Below, piece after piece: positions 53,218 through 62,373 of a stretch of DNA of 64,000 bases (its first letter is position 1; each line of letters starts with the position of its first letter). The notes beneath the pieces are model-generated. The model ran no database searches. It was not told the DNA's origin and saw nothing but the letters and a program-made list of their open reading frames with translations. A program made the position numbers and the translations under genes. Source of the stretch: a virus (lineage: Duplodnaviria; Caudoviricetes). The DNA lies in IMG/VR virus record IMGVR_UViG_2565956830_000005, positions 18,930-82,929 of that record; one strand, written 5' to 3'.

Positions 53218-54075
53218 TCAGGACGCTGGTGTGCCGGTGCTTGGGTCGACGGACAGCGGCACGGTGGAGAGCGCGCGGCCGGTGGACGGTTCGACGAGCG
53301 GGAGGAGCCCGAGGGCTACCGCGGCGCGGAGCCAGTCGCGTGCTCCCTCGATCAGCGCGGCCGGATTGTCCTTGCCGAGGGCGAGCCAGTCGGTGTGGGT
53401 GCCGCCGGTGGTGAGGTGCCAGCGGGTGTAGGCGAGGGCGCGTACACGGGGGTCGGTGTAGTGCACGCGGCTGGCGTCGGTGGTGTTGAGCAGCCGATGG
53501 AGACCTGGGCTGTCTGATCCGGGGTCCTGGCTCGGGTGGGGCGCGACGGACATTCCTGAGGCGAGCAGTTGCACCTGGCGGAGCTCGTAGGGGCTGACGT
53601 GGATGGCGCCGAGGTTGGCGAGCCACTGCATCCACACCGGTTCGATGCCGGGACTGGCTGTGAACTCGGCTTCGGTGAGGTGCCCTTGGGCGTAGGCGGC
53701 GGTCCGGTTGGCCAGGGCTTGGAGGGCGTCGGGTGTGAGCCAGCGGACGTTCTTGGTTTCCCGGGCACTCGGGGTGAGGTCGCCTGTGACGGTGGCCTGG
53801 TAGACGGTCCAGTCGTGGCCGACGCCGCGCGCGCCGGGGAGGCGGCGGCATCGGTTGTTGCGCCACCAGCCGGTGACGTGGGTGAGGCCGGTGATGGTGA
53901 GGCCGAGTTCTTCCTCGACCTCGGCGCGGGCCGCGTCCTCGGCGGTGCCGTGTTCGTCGATGTGGCCAGCGGCCGACGCGGTGCCGGGCGGGAAGGTGTT
54001 GCGGTCGAACATCAGGTAGCGGCCATGCTCGTCGGTGATGACGATGCCGACCGAGCTGTTGTCGCAGACCTTCAC
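53218..54075 (-). CDS. Nudix hydrolase with C-terminal extension
   Basis: GHIDEHGTAEDAARAEVEEELGL Nudix-box variant; AGGAGG RBS. Confidence 0.85.
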   Translation of the reverse strand: MKVCDNSSVGIVITDEHGRYLMFDRNTFPPGTASAAGHIDEHGTAEDAARAEVEEELGLTITGLTHVTGWWRNNRCRRLPGARGVGHDWTVYQATVTGDLTPSARETKNVRWLTPDALQALANRTAAYAQGHLTEAEFTASPGIEPVWMQWLANLGAIHVSPYELRQVQLLASGMSVAPHPSQDPGSDSPGLHRLLNTTDASRVHYTDPRVRALAYTRWHLTTGGTHTDWLALGKDNPAALIEGARDWLRAAVALGLLPLVEPSTGRALSTVPLSVDPSTGTPAS

Positions 54076-54126
54076 GGTATTCCTCCTAGAAGTGGATGAG
54101 TCGATGGGGGCGCAGTCCCGGGGCAG

Positions 54127-55092
54127 TCATCCGGGCAGGTCGAGGACGCCCTGCGCGAACCGCTGCTTGGCGAGGTCGTGGTACGCGGAGTTCAGGTCGA
54201 TGCCGATGTACGGCCTCCCCAGGCGGCGGGCCGCGGCGCCGGTGGTGCCCGACCCGCTGAAGGGATCGAGGACGGTCCCGCCGGGGCGGCAGCCAGCCTT
54301 GATGCAGCGCAACGGGAGATCGATGGGGAACACCGCGAAGTGTGCGGCCGAGTAGGGCCGTGTCGGGATGGACCATACGTCGCCCGGGTTCCGGCCGAGC
54401 GGGTGCCCGTCAACGCCCGGCTCGTCGCGTTGGGAAGTCGAATACGTCTGTGCCGGCAGCACGCCGAGCCTCTGCCGCTCCTTGTGACCTCGGGGCCTGC
54501 GCTGCGGTCGCATTGTGTGCGGCTCACGGACTGGGTCGAGATCGAAGCTGTACCGCTCTGCCTTGACGAACAGGAAGATCTGCTCGTGCCGCGAGGACAG
54601 CCGGTCCTTGATGCTCTCCGGCATGGCGTTCGTCTTGTGCCAGATGATCTCGTTACGCAGGATCCACCCGTCGTCCTGCAACGCAAACGCCGTGCGCCAC
54701 GGGATCCCCAGCAGGCTCTTCCTTGGCCGGTCGGCCGGCTTTGACGGCATGTTCTGCATGAGTTGCACGCGCCTGCCTTGCAGGGCGCTCGTGCTGCCGG
54801 GGTCGGTGTGTCCACCTGCGGCGGCGTAGCTGTCGCCGAGGTTGAGCCAGAGCGTCCCGTCTGCGGCGAGCACTCGACGGGCCTCGGCGAACAGGCTGCT
54901 CATGCGGTCGACGTAGGCGCTCGGGGTGGGCTCCAGCCCGTACTGGCCAGGCGTTCCGTAGTCGCGGAGCCCGTAGTACGGCGGCGAGGTGACGATGCAG
55001 TCGACGGACTCGTCCGGCAGGGTGCGCAGTTGCTCCAGGGCGTCGCCGAGTAGCAGGGTGACCTGTTCGTCTCGGTAGTAGGGCGTGTTCAC
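54127..55092 (-). CDS. Beta-class DNA methyltransferase (N4-C or N6-A)
   Basis: IVTSPPY, IIWHK, HFAVFP, VLDPFSGSGTTG. Confidence 0.93.
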   Translation of the reverse strand: MNTPYYRDEQVTLLLGDALEQLRTLPDESVDCIVTSPPYYGLRDYGTPGQYGLEPTPSAYVDRMSSLFAEARRVLAADGTLWLNLGDSYAAAGGHTDPGSTSALQGRRVQLMQNMPSKPADRPRKSLLGIPWRTAFALQDDGWILRNEIIWHKTNAMPESIKDRLSSRHEQIFLFVKAERYSFDLDPVREPHTMRPQRRPRGHKERQRLGVLPAQTYSTSQRDEPGVDGHPLGRNPGDVWSIPTRPYSAAHFAVFPIDLPLRCIKAGCRPGGTVLDPFSGSGTTGAAARRLGRPYIGIDLNSAYHDLAKQRFAQGVLDLPG

Positions 55093-55107
55093 CGTGGTCC
55101 TTGGTGG

Positions 55108-55545
55108 TCAGAGTTGGGCGATGACGGTGGCGGCATCCGAGTCGGTGGCGTGGCCGTGTTCGCCGGCCCAGTCCGCGACGTCGAGGGGCCAGCGCTTGTC
55201 GAAGTAGCTGATGACCACGTCCGCGCCGTCATGGCGGATCGTGTGGACGCCGCCGCTGCGCCGGATGGCCTCCTCGGCGACCGAGACGACGGTGGCCGCG
55301 TGCTGTTCGTCGAGGCAGGTCAGACGTGCTTCGTTCACGCTGATGTGTTCTTTCGGGATGGCGAGTTGGCCGGGGATCGTGTGGGGCGGCGGCCCGAGGC
55401 GGCGCCGTACGGCGGCCGCGGCCCGTCCGGCCGCCGTCTGACGCCAGCGGTCGCGGCGTTTGCGGCGGCAGCCGGGGCCGAGCCCGTCGGGGCTCCGGCG
55501 GAGCATGACGTGCTTGCAGTCGGCGCAGCGGACCTTCGCGGTCAC
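55108..55545 (-). CDS. Hypothetical protein with N-terminal CxxC...GLGPGC motif
   Basis: 145 aa, GTGA overlap. Confidence 0.65.
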   Translation of the reverse strand: MTAKVRCADCKHVMLRRSPDGLGPGCRRKRRDRWRQTAAGRAAAAVRRRLGPPPHTIPGQLAIPKEHISVNEARLTCLDEQHAATVVSVAEEAIRRSGGVHTIRHDGADVVISYFDKRWPLDVADWAGEHGHATDSDAATVIAQL

Positions 55546-55832
55546 GTCGGGATCGACTCAAGGGAGTCGAGGTGCTCCAGGAGCGCGATGACAGCGGCGC
55601 CGGTCTGGACGCCTTCCTGGCGGACGTCGGCGAGCCGGGCCTCGGGGTGAACGTCGTCGCTACCGGCGGTGAGGACCGCTTCAGCGATCCGGCCCATGTT
55701 TTCGACGAGGACCAGCAGCCACTCCTGCAGGATGTGGTGCTCGGCGCCGAGCCGGCCTTTCTGGGCGGCACGTTCGGTGTGGATGTCGAGGTAGGGGCCG
55801 GTGAGGCGGGGGCTGTCGTAGTCGGGGTACAT
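55542..55832 (-). CDS. MazG-like protein, apparently degenerate
   Basis: IHTERAAQ...WLLVLVENMGRIAEAV...EGVQTGAA; the expected EExGE reads ENxGR. Confidence 0.55.
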   Translation of the reverse strand: MYPDYDSPRLTGPYLDIHTERAAQKGRLGAEHHILQEWLLVLVENMGRIAEAVLTAGSDDVHPEARLADVRQEGVQTGAAVIALLEHLDSLESIPT

Positions 55833-55862
55833 GGGGTGCTCCGTTCCTGTGGTGGTGGCGTG

Positions 55863-56168
55863 TCAGCGGGTGCTGGTGGCGATGGCGTGGAGGGTGTCGA
55901 TGCCGGTGGGGCTGCACCGGGTGAGCCGCACGGCGGCGACGAGCGCCGGGTAACTCCGGGCCAGGGCGATGCGGTTGGCGGTGTCGGCCTCGGCGATGAG
56001 CGCGACGAGGCGACCGCGGAAGGTGTGCGTCTTGTCGGGGATGCCGGGGAGCGTGTAGCCGAGGTGCTGGAGGACGAGGCGGGCGTCGTCCCGGGTGATC
56101 GCCGGGTGCTCGTCGTCGACGCCCCCGGGCTGGAATGCGGTCGGGACGGGGCAGGTGGTGGTGGTCAC
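55863..56168 (-). CDS. Hypothetical protein
   Basis: LIAEADTANRIALARSYP. Confidence 0.65.
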   Translation of the reverse strand: MTTTTCPVPTAFQPGGVDDEHPAITRDDARLVLQHLGYTLPGIPDKTHTFRGRLVALIAEADTANRIALARSYPALVAAVRLTRCSPTGIDTLHAIATSTR

Positions 56169-56689
56169 TGGTGGGTGTCTCCGAACAAGTGGTGCAGGAG
56201 GCGTGCGAGTTGGCGGAGGGTGGCGTGGTCGATGACGTGGTCGGGTGCCACGCACAGCGGCATCGCGCAGCCGGGGACGACCGGGCCTTGCGGGTCGTTG
56301 GGGTGGGTCATGCGCCAGGCGACGCGCAGCGCGGAGTGGACGTGCCGGTTGTAGTGGAGGACGGGGAGCCCGTGGTCGACGTGGTCGAGCCACAGCAGGT
56401 GGCCGCCGTGGATGTGACGGGTGCGGGAGCGGAAGTACTGCTCGATCGTGAGGCGGCGGCGCAGGGAAACTCCGGCGCGGCCCAGGCTCCTGAGGACGTC
56501 GGTAACGTCGCTCGGCGCGACGCAGAGTTCCCGCACGACCATGTGCGGGGGCCGGCCGCCGAGGAGGTGCTCAGTGATGTCGACCCTCACCTGCGGCGCG
56601 AGGACAGCGAGGCTCTCCGGCACGGCGGCCTGGCCGTCCTCCCCGACGGCCCCCGCCGTCGGTCCTGGGGTGAGTGTGGAGGCGGTCAC
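56165..56689 (-). CDS. HTH plus degenerate HNH/His-Me finger protein
   Basis: GGHLLW...SALRVAW...GCAMPLCVAPDH. Confidence 0.7.
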   Translation of the reverse strand: MTASTLTPGPTAGAVGEDGQAAVPESLAVLAPQVRVDITEHLLGGRPPHMVVRELCVAPSDVTDVLRSLGRAGVSLRRRLTIEQYFRSRTRHIHGGHLLWLDHVDHGLPVLHYNRHVHSALRVAWRMTHPNDPQGPVVPGCAMPLCVAPDHVIDHATLRQLARLLHHLFGDTHQ

Positions 56690-56967
56690 AGGATGCTCCT
56701 GGTCTTCTCGACGGAGCTGTGGCGTTGGTCGATGAGGGCTTCACTGACGATGCGCAGGGCGCCGTTCGTGGAGGCGAGTTCGTGGCGTGTGGCGGCGAGC
56801 GCGTGCAGCGCGCGGTCGAGCCGGCCGCGGAGGTTGGTGCGCTCCCGGGTGTGGGCGCGCTCGAGACGTCGGCGTTCGAGTTCCGCGGAGGTGCAGGCCT
56901 GGGTGAGCTGGTCGGTGAGTCGTGCTTCGACCGTGCGGAGGTGTCTGGTGGTGGTGAGGCCGAGCAT
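56686..56967 (-). CDS. Coiled-coil hypothetical protein
   Basis: ATG 56967 with GAGGG RBS. Confidence 0.65.
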   Translation of the reverse strand: MLGLTTTRHLRTVEARLTDQLTQACTSAELERRRLERAHTRERTNLRGRLDRALHALAATRHELASTNGALRIVSEALIDQRHSSVEKTRSIL

Positions 56968-56983
56968 CGCGTTTCCCTCTCGG

Positions 56984-57301
56984 TCAGCGGTTTCGGTTGC
57001 GGCGGCGGTCGTCGAGCCGGACCACGCCCTTGGGCAGCGGGAGCGGCAGCTGCGTCTGTTGGGCCCGGCAGGTGGCGGCGTGGGGCATGTGGAGGCGCTC
57101 GTAGCCCATGAGGGGCTGCTGGTCGGTGACCCGGCGGGAGACCCAGGCGGTGGTGCCGTCCCGGCGAATCGCGGTGTTCCCGGCCGGGTCCGGGGCACGG
57201 TCGACCGGCAGGCGCTTCCCGCCGGCGGTCGTCGCGCCGGGCAGCGTGCGCGTCCACAGGACGGGACGGTGGCAGTCGGGGCAGAACCCGGGACCGTTCA
57301 T
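56984..57301 (-). CDS. Zinc-binding hypothetical protein
   Basis: CPDC..PVLW...LPVD..P...GN...HAATC. Confidence 0.7.
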   Translation of the reverse strand: MNGPGFCPDCHRPVLWTRTLPGATTAGGKRLPVDRAPDPAGNTAIRRDGTTAWVSRRVTDQQPLMGYERLHMPHAATCRAQQTQLPLPLPKGVVRLDDRRRNRNR

Positions 57302-57615
57302 CGGGGCCGTCCCTTCACATTGCGGGACGCGTTCTCCAGGGCCGTCGCGTAGGTGTCGTCGGCGGCCTGCGCGCGCTCGGGGTGCACGCCGGTCATCGGC
57401 GTCCCGCCCTCGGTCGTGCACGGGATGCCGGCCTGCGCGGGGCAGGTGGTGCAGTCGGTGTGCGCGACGACCCAGGCGTCACGGCGGCTGGGGTGGGGCT
57501 CGCGGCGCGGGCCGTTGCGGCGGTTCGTGCAGGGCTCGCCGGGTGCGGCGTGGCACCAGCCGCAGCGCTGCTCGACCGCGGGGTGCCGGCGTTCAGCTCG
57601 TGAGGTCATCGTCAT
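57298..57615 (-). CDS. Tandem phage zinc-finger protein
   Basis: Two CxxCxAxxGxPC...HxxR units. Confidence 0.75.
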   Translation of the reverse strand: MTMTSRAERRHPAVEQRCGWCHAAPGEPCTNRRNGPRREPHPSRRDAWVVAHTDCTTCPAQAGIPCTTEGGTPMTGVHPERAQAADDTYATALENASRNVKGRPR

Positions 57616-57626
57616 CTCCCCAGGGG

Positions 57627-58682
57627 TCAGGTTCCGGTTGATGTGCGGGGCCGCTGCTCGGCGGTCTCCCGCAACTGCGCGCCGAGTTCGGCGCGTTGCG
57701 GGTGGATTCCGTGGCGCGGGGTTCCGCCGGGGTCGGTGCAGGGGCTGCCCGCGGTCGCCTTGCAGCTGGGGCAGGTGGTGTAGGTGATGTCCCAGGCGTC
57801 CAGGCGGGCTTCGTGGGCGGCCCCGCGGAGTCCGGCGCTGCTGCTGCAGGCCGTGCCGGCGGAGGCGTTGCAGTAGCCGCAGGGGACCGCCGCTTCGGCC
57901 GGTCCGGGGTGGTGGCGTGGGCTTTCGCAGGTGCCCGTGACGAGTTCCCGCATGACGAGCCCGCGGCCGTATCGCCGCAGGGCTGCGGGTACACCGAGAT
58001 CGGCGATCGTCTGGCGGACACGCTCCACCGTCGCTACCTCCTGTCCCGGTACGGCGAGGAGCAGCGGCGGCTGGGTCGGCCCGTCTGCTGCCGGCTTCTT
58101 TCTGACGCGTCCCGGGGGTGCGGGCACCGAAGCCAGCACGGGTCCTGTCTTCTCCGAACCGGCGACGCGGCTTTCAGAGGCGCCCCCAGGTGAGATCGGT
58201 GGACGGGGTTCGGTGCCGGCAGCGTCTTGGTGTGCTTCTCTCGTCTGCCCGTCGCCTGGCTCCGCCTCGCGCGCCGCCAGGGCCTCGGCGATCGCCTTCT
58301 CTTTCAGCCGCCGCTTGGCCCGGGCCTGCGGGGTGTCGGTGTAGAGGTGCAGGTGCTCGTCCCAGTCCAGGCCCTGGTCACCCAGCGGCGGATGGAGCAG
58401 GTATTCGGAGTTGGTGTTGGGGCGTCGCCGCTCGACAAGCACCCCGAGCGCCTTGAGAACCTTTTTGGCCCGGGAGACGGTCTCCTGGCTGGAGCCGACG
58501 ATGGCCGCGATGGTCTCGGTGGCCGGGTCAGCGTTCGTGCCGTCGGCATCCGCGTACGAGGCGATGACCCAGCCGACGTGGACGATCTTCGAGATCTCCG
58601 GGCGGTCCATGCGCAGAGCCTCGGCCCGCATGGCGTGCATCCACGCCGTCCTGGGGGCCTGCACCGGCTCGCTGTCGGTCAC
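57627..58682 (-). CDS. Putative replication initiator (winged HTH) with two zinc fingers
   Basis: IASYADADGTNADPATETIAAIVGSSQETVSRAKKVL...RPNTNSEY; two CxxCxAxAGxxC...HxxR units. Confidence 0.7.
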   Translation of the reverse strand: MTDSEPVQAPRTAWMHAMRAEALRMDRPEISKIVHVGWVIASYADADGTNADPATETIAAIVGSSQETVSRAKKVLKALGVLVERRRPNTNSEYLLHPPLGDQGLDWDEHLHLYTDTPQARAKRRLKEKAIAEALAAREAEPGDGQTREAHQDAAGTEPRPPISPGGASESRVAGSEKTGPVLASVPAPPGRVRKKPAADGPTQPPLLLAVPGQEVATVERVRQTIADLGVPAALRRYGRGLVMRELVTGTCESPRHHPGPAEAAVPCGYCNASAGTACSSSAGLRGAAHEARLDAWDITYTTCPSCKATAGSPCTDPGGTPRHGIHPQRAELGAQLRETAEQRPRTSTGT

Positions 58683-58754
58683 GAGAGCGCGCTCCTGGTG
58701 GCTGCGTGGGGCACGGTGGCTCCGATCAACGAGAAGAAACAGGTACGGGGTGGG

Positions 58755-59075
58755 CTACTCGCGTTGAGGGTGCTGAGCGGCCTGGGCGGCCCGGTAGGTG
58801 TGCTGGCTGGAGCGGCGATTGCCGGAGCCGATGGCCCGCTCATCGATGAGCGCGGACGCGGCCAGCGGTGACGGCGTCGTCCAGGCACCGGCCGGTAACC
58901 CGGGCCCGGGCCGTGGCTCAGGCCGCCCGGCCAGCGCGGCCGGTGTGTGGAGCGGGCACCGGCGGCCGGTCAGGTACGACCGCAGGTCGTCCCCGGCGAG
59001 GCAGTACCGGCGCACGGCGCCTATCCAGTGGCCGCACACGGGACTTTTCGCGGCGCCACGCGGGAGGCTGCTCAC
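58755..59075 (-). CDS. Hypothetical protein
   Basis: CGHWIG..RRYC...YLTGRRCPLHTPAALAG. Confidence 0.65.
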   Translation of the reverse strand: MSSLPRGAAKSPVCGHWIGAVRRYCLAGDDLRSYLTGRRCPLHTPAALAGRPEPRPGPGLPAGAWTTPSPLAASALIDERAIGSGNRRSSQHTYRAAQAAQHPQRE

Positions 59076-59383
59076 GCTGCACCGCCGTCGGCTTCGGCAG
59101 CAGCAGCGCGGCGTTGCTTGGCCGCGAGGTCCCTGCGGCCTCTGGCGGTGTGCCCGCCGAAGACGCCGGACCTGTGACCGTTCTCGCCCTCGTGGCGCAT
59201 GGCGTCCTCCAGGCACTCCACCCGCACGGGGCACGAGGAGTTGCAGAAGGCCATCGCCGTCTGCGTCTTCGCCCGGTTCTTCGAGTGGAAAAAGTCGGCC
59301 GGCGGTCCCCAGTCCTTGCCGCAGGCCGCATCGAGCAGCCAGGGACGGTTCTTGATTCCGTCCGTCCATTCACGTACCGGCAT
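59072..59383 (-). CDS. whiB: WhiB-family Fe-S transcription factor
   Basis: W...AAC...FF...AFCNSSCPVRVECL...GVFGG.T...R. Confidence 0.9.
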   Translation of the reverse strand: MPVREWTDGIKNRPWLLDAACGKDWGPPADFFHSKNRAKTQTAMAFCNSSCPVRVECLEDAMRHEGENGHRSGVFGGHTARGRRDLAAKQRRAAAAEADGGAA

Positions 59384-59845
59384 TCAGTTCGCCCCCAACA
59401 GGGCTGCTGCCGCGTCGAGTTGCCGGGGCTGGGTGCGGGTCCTGTCGCGGTCTACGGTGTCCGCCTGGTGCTCGGGAGCGACGCACCAGGCGTACACGCA
59501 GGCCGCTTTGACGCGGCCGACGGGTTTCCGGCCGTGCTGGATCTCGTAGGCGATCGGACGCACCGACAGCTTCGTGCCGCTGTGGGAGAGGACCGGCGCG
59601 CAGTCCTGCGTGCGTTCCCCCGTCCACACCATGTGTCCGCCGGCGACCTCCACGGTGGCGGCGGTGAACTTGTCCCGCGAGGTGGGCGGGATGCTTCGGG
59701 GCGGCGGCGGGTAGCCGAGTTCCTCTCGCACCTGGGCGGCCGTTTCCCGGGTGATGCGCAGCTGCCGGGCGATCTGCGTGTTGTTCATCCCGGCCTCGAG
59801 GAGCCGGCGGATGTCGGCCTCTTTGTAGTGCGTGCGGATCGCCAC
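59384..59845 (-). CDS. HTH plus degenerate HNH/His-Me finger protein
   Basis: GMNNTQIARQL; GGHMVWTG...PIAYE..HGR.P.G.V.AACVYAWCVAPEH. Confidence 0.7.
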   Translation of the reverse strand: MAIRTHYKEADIRRLLEAGMNNTQIARQLRITRETAAQVREELGYPPPPRSIPPTSRDKFTAATVEVAGGHMVWTGERTQDCAPVLSHSGTKLSVRPIAYEIQHGRKPVGRVKAACVYAWCVAPEHQADTVDRDRTRTQPRQLDAAAALLGAN

Positions 59846-59849
59846 AGGT

Positions 59850-60173
59850 TCACCTCTCCCGGGGGCTGCGGGGGCGCGGCAGGACAACCCGTCGGCGGGG
59901 GGCCTGCCCCCGGCCGGAGCCGGGAGCAGGCGCAGCAGCGCGGTGGGCGGAGGGATGCCGGAGCTTCGCTCGGTCCCGGTCGGCCCGCGTGGCCAGCGGT
60001 TCGCCGGTGTCGTCCACGTCCTCTTCCGCGACCTCGTCCTGGCCGAGGTCGCAGCTGCCGCCCTCGTCGCCCGGCTCGGAGTCCAGGGCTCCGAGCCGGG
60101 ACAGGGCAGTGCCGGTGATGACGGCGATCGCCAGCACGAAGACCAGGACGAGCGCGGCGTAGAGGACGGTCAC
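59850..60173 (-). CDS. Membrane-anchored hypothetical protein
   Basis: N-terminal TM; GTGA overlap. Confidence 0.55.
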   Translation of the reverse strand: MTVLYAALVLVFVLAIAVITGTALSRLGALDSEPGDEGGSCDLGQDEVAEEDVDDTGEPLATRADRDRAKLRHPSAHRAAAPAPGSGRGQAPRRRVVLPRPRSPRER

Positions 60174-60973
60174 TGGACAACGCCGCCCCGAGCCGTACGC
60201 ACGGGCACGTACCGGCGACGCGCAGTGTGCGAGTTGTCCACGGTCAAGTGGCCGGCTTCCGCGAGGGCGGCTAGGTCCCTCCTCGCGTCGGAGAGGCCCA
60301 GTCCCTTCCAGCCCCAGCTGATGTAGATGTGATGGACGTCCGACGTGGTCACCGGGTGGCACTTGTTCTCGATGTGCGTCCGGAGCCTGGAGAGGCGGTC
60401 CGCGATGCCGGGCGGCATCGGGCGAGTGGACGCCGCCCCCGCCACAGCGGCGGAGGTGTCCTTCTCGCCCTGCTGTCCGTCGCGCACGTCGCCCGTGCCG
60501 CTCCGCATCGAGGCTTGGAGGGCGGCGATCGACGCCCGCAGCTCGGCGATCTCTGCGGCCTGGTCGTAGACGAGCCCGCGCAGCAACGCCTCCTCGTCGA
60601 GCCCCGGGCGCCGCTCAGGCTCCATCACCAGCGACGGCCACTGACGCCAGACGCCGTCGACGTAGGCGGCGTGCGCCCGGGAGAGCCGGTGCCCGAACTG
60701 TCCGGCGCAGATGGCAGGGGGGTTGTCCGGGTCGGGTTGTCCGCAGTAGCCGCCAGGCGGCGGGATCTCGATACGGTGCCAGGCGCCGTCCCGGAGTTCC
60801 TCCGTACGCCAGGTGCCCATCGTGCGGCAGTACCGCAGCCGTACGCCCGTGTCGGGGTGGGTGGTCTCGTGATCTTCCCAGTGGGAGCGCGGAAGGTCGC
60901 ACTGTGCCGGGATCGACCAGTGCACTGAGACACAGCGCTTGTCGTCGGACAGGTTCGGAGCGATCTCAGACAT
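60170..60973 (-). CDS. Hypothetical protein with C-terminal winged-helix-like segment
   Basis: GGAGG RBS; VTTSDVH...ARRDLAALAEAGHL. Confidence 0.65.
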   Translation of the reverse strand: MSEIAPNLSDDKRCVSVHWSIPAQCDLPRSHWEDHETTHPDTGVRLRYCRTMGTWRTEELRDGAWHRIEIPPPGGYCGQPDPDNPPAICAGQFGHRLSRAHAAYVDGVWRQWPSLVMEPERRPGLDEEALLRGLVYDQAAEIAELRASIAALQASMRSGTGDVRDGQQGEKDTSAAVAGAASTRPMPPGIADRLSRLRTHIENKCHPVTTSDVHHIYISWGWKGLGLSDARRDLAALAEAGHLTVDNSHTARRRYVPVRTARGGVVQ

Positions 60974-61367
60974 CCTCCCCACCCCCCGCGCCTGCCATCG
61001 AGACCGGGGCTGGGGCTGGGGCGAGTGCGAAGCAGCTGCGGGGCTTGTCGAGGTTGGGAAAGATGACCTGCCAGGGGCCCGGGAGCAGACCGTACGCGGC
61101 CCACTTGCAGCCCCGTCCGCTGTAGCCCTTGGACAGGGCGCCGAGGGTGCGGCCGATGCACTCCTGGCTGAGGAAATCCGAGTACTGCGCCACCTTGCCG
61201 TTGGGCAGCTCCCGGGGACGCTCCTCCAGCGCTTTCCGGAAGTCCAACCCGGTCGCGACGTCCTTGCAGCCCGGGCACACGAACGCCCAGTTCAACGAGT
61301 CCTGACCGAACCGGGCCCGGGCCTCTTCCCAGAGCTCGTCGATGGTGAAGGTCCGGCTGTCACTCAT
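60966..61367 (-). CDS. VVA0879-like phage protein
   Basis: WAFVCPGC...DF...QECIGR...GCKWAAYGL. Confidence 0.7.
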   Translation of the reverse strand: MSDSRTFTIDELWEEARARFGQDSLNWAFVCPGCKDVATGLDFRKALEERPRELPNGKVAQYSDFLSQECIGRTLGALSKGYSGRGCKWAAYGLLPGPWQVIFPNLDKPRSCFALAPAPAPVSMAGAGGGEDV

Positions 61368-61762
61368 CGGCGCGCCTCCCGGTCTTCGGCAAGGAGCTGG
61401 CCGAGGCGCGTGAGGCTCTGGACTTCGTCGATCCGGTCGACGCCGCACGCTCCGCAGGGCCGTACGAGCTCAAGCGCGAGAGTCTCCTTGCCGTGGTCGG
61501 CGCGGCATCTGAGGTACTCCAGGCGCCCCGGCTCGAGGAGCGCGGTCGCCTGCTCCACCTCGTCGGGGAGGCCCTCGCTGGGGGTGTACTGCCAGTCGAG
61601 TTTCCCGGCGTCGGCGCACAGCGTCTCGCCCGCGCAGCGGCGCGCGAGGACGAGGAACTCCTCGCGGGCCTGCTCGAACATCTCCGCCATCTCGACGGCG
61701 TGCGCCGGTTCTGCGGCCTCGTACTCGTCGTAGGTCGTGAGGGCGAGTTCGATGAATTTCAT
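61364..61762 (-). CDS. Hypothetical protein
   Basis: ATGA overlap; LVRPCGAC...LGQLL. Confidence 0.7.
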   Translation of the reverse strand: MKFIELALTTYDEYEAAEPAHAVEMAEMFEQAREEFLVLARRCAGETLCADAGKLDWQYTPSEGLPDEVEQATALLEPGRLEYLRCRADHGKETLALELVRPCGACGVDRIDEVQSLTRLGQLLAEDREARR

Positions 61763-62373
61763 ACGGCTACCTCGACGGTCTGGGGCTTGTACTGGGCGGC
61801 GATCCACGCGGCGGCCTGGGCGACGGAGTGCAGCTCGTTCTGGCGGCGTGCCCAGCGCAGCTGGTCACCGCCGTGCGGCCCGTCGGGGTCGGGGATGGCG
61901 TGGGCCTTCCAGCGGGTGTGGTGGCCGGCGGTGAAGCAGCTCTCGATCGTCCCGGCGACGTCCACGGCCCGGACCGGCATGTCGGGAGCACGGGTGACCA
62001 GCCAGTCGTCCGGGTCTTCCTTGAAACCCGGGATCGGCTGCTCGCCGGGCCACAGCCACAGGCCCTCGACCTCACGGGGGGTATTCCCGTAGCCGTACGC
62101 CGCGGTGGTTTTGCGGTCGATACCGACGTCCTCGCCGCTGATCGTGTGGACGGCCGTGCAGGAGCGGCACACCAGGCGCACGGTGAACCGGCGGAACAGG
62201 TTGGCGTGGAGGCACTCCTCGGCCGTACACGCGTGGACCTGCTCGTCAGTGCCGGTGAGACGCCCGCGTCGGCCGTGGTCCATCCGCAGCTGCGCCTCCC
62301 ACGCCGGTGTCGGGCAGCCGCGCCGGTGGGGAAAGCAAAGCCAGTCGAGGTAGAGGTCTCTGACGAGGTTCAC
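61759..62373 (-). CDS. Cys/His-rich hypothetical protein, paralog of 26954-27607
   Basis: Shares the motifs listed for 26954-27607. Confidence 0.75.
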   Translation of the reverse strand: MNLVRDLYLDWLCFPHRRGCPTPAWEAQLRMDHGRRGRLTGTDEQVHACTAEECLHANLFRRFTVRLVCRSCTAVHTISGEDVGIDRKTTAAYGYGNTPREVEGLWLWPGEQPIPGFKEDPDDWLVTRAPDMPVRAVDVAGTIESCFTAGHHTRWKAHAIPDPDGPHGGDQLRWARRQNELHSVAQAAAWIAAQYKPQTVEVAV

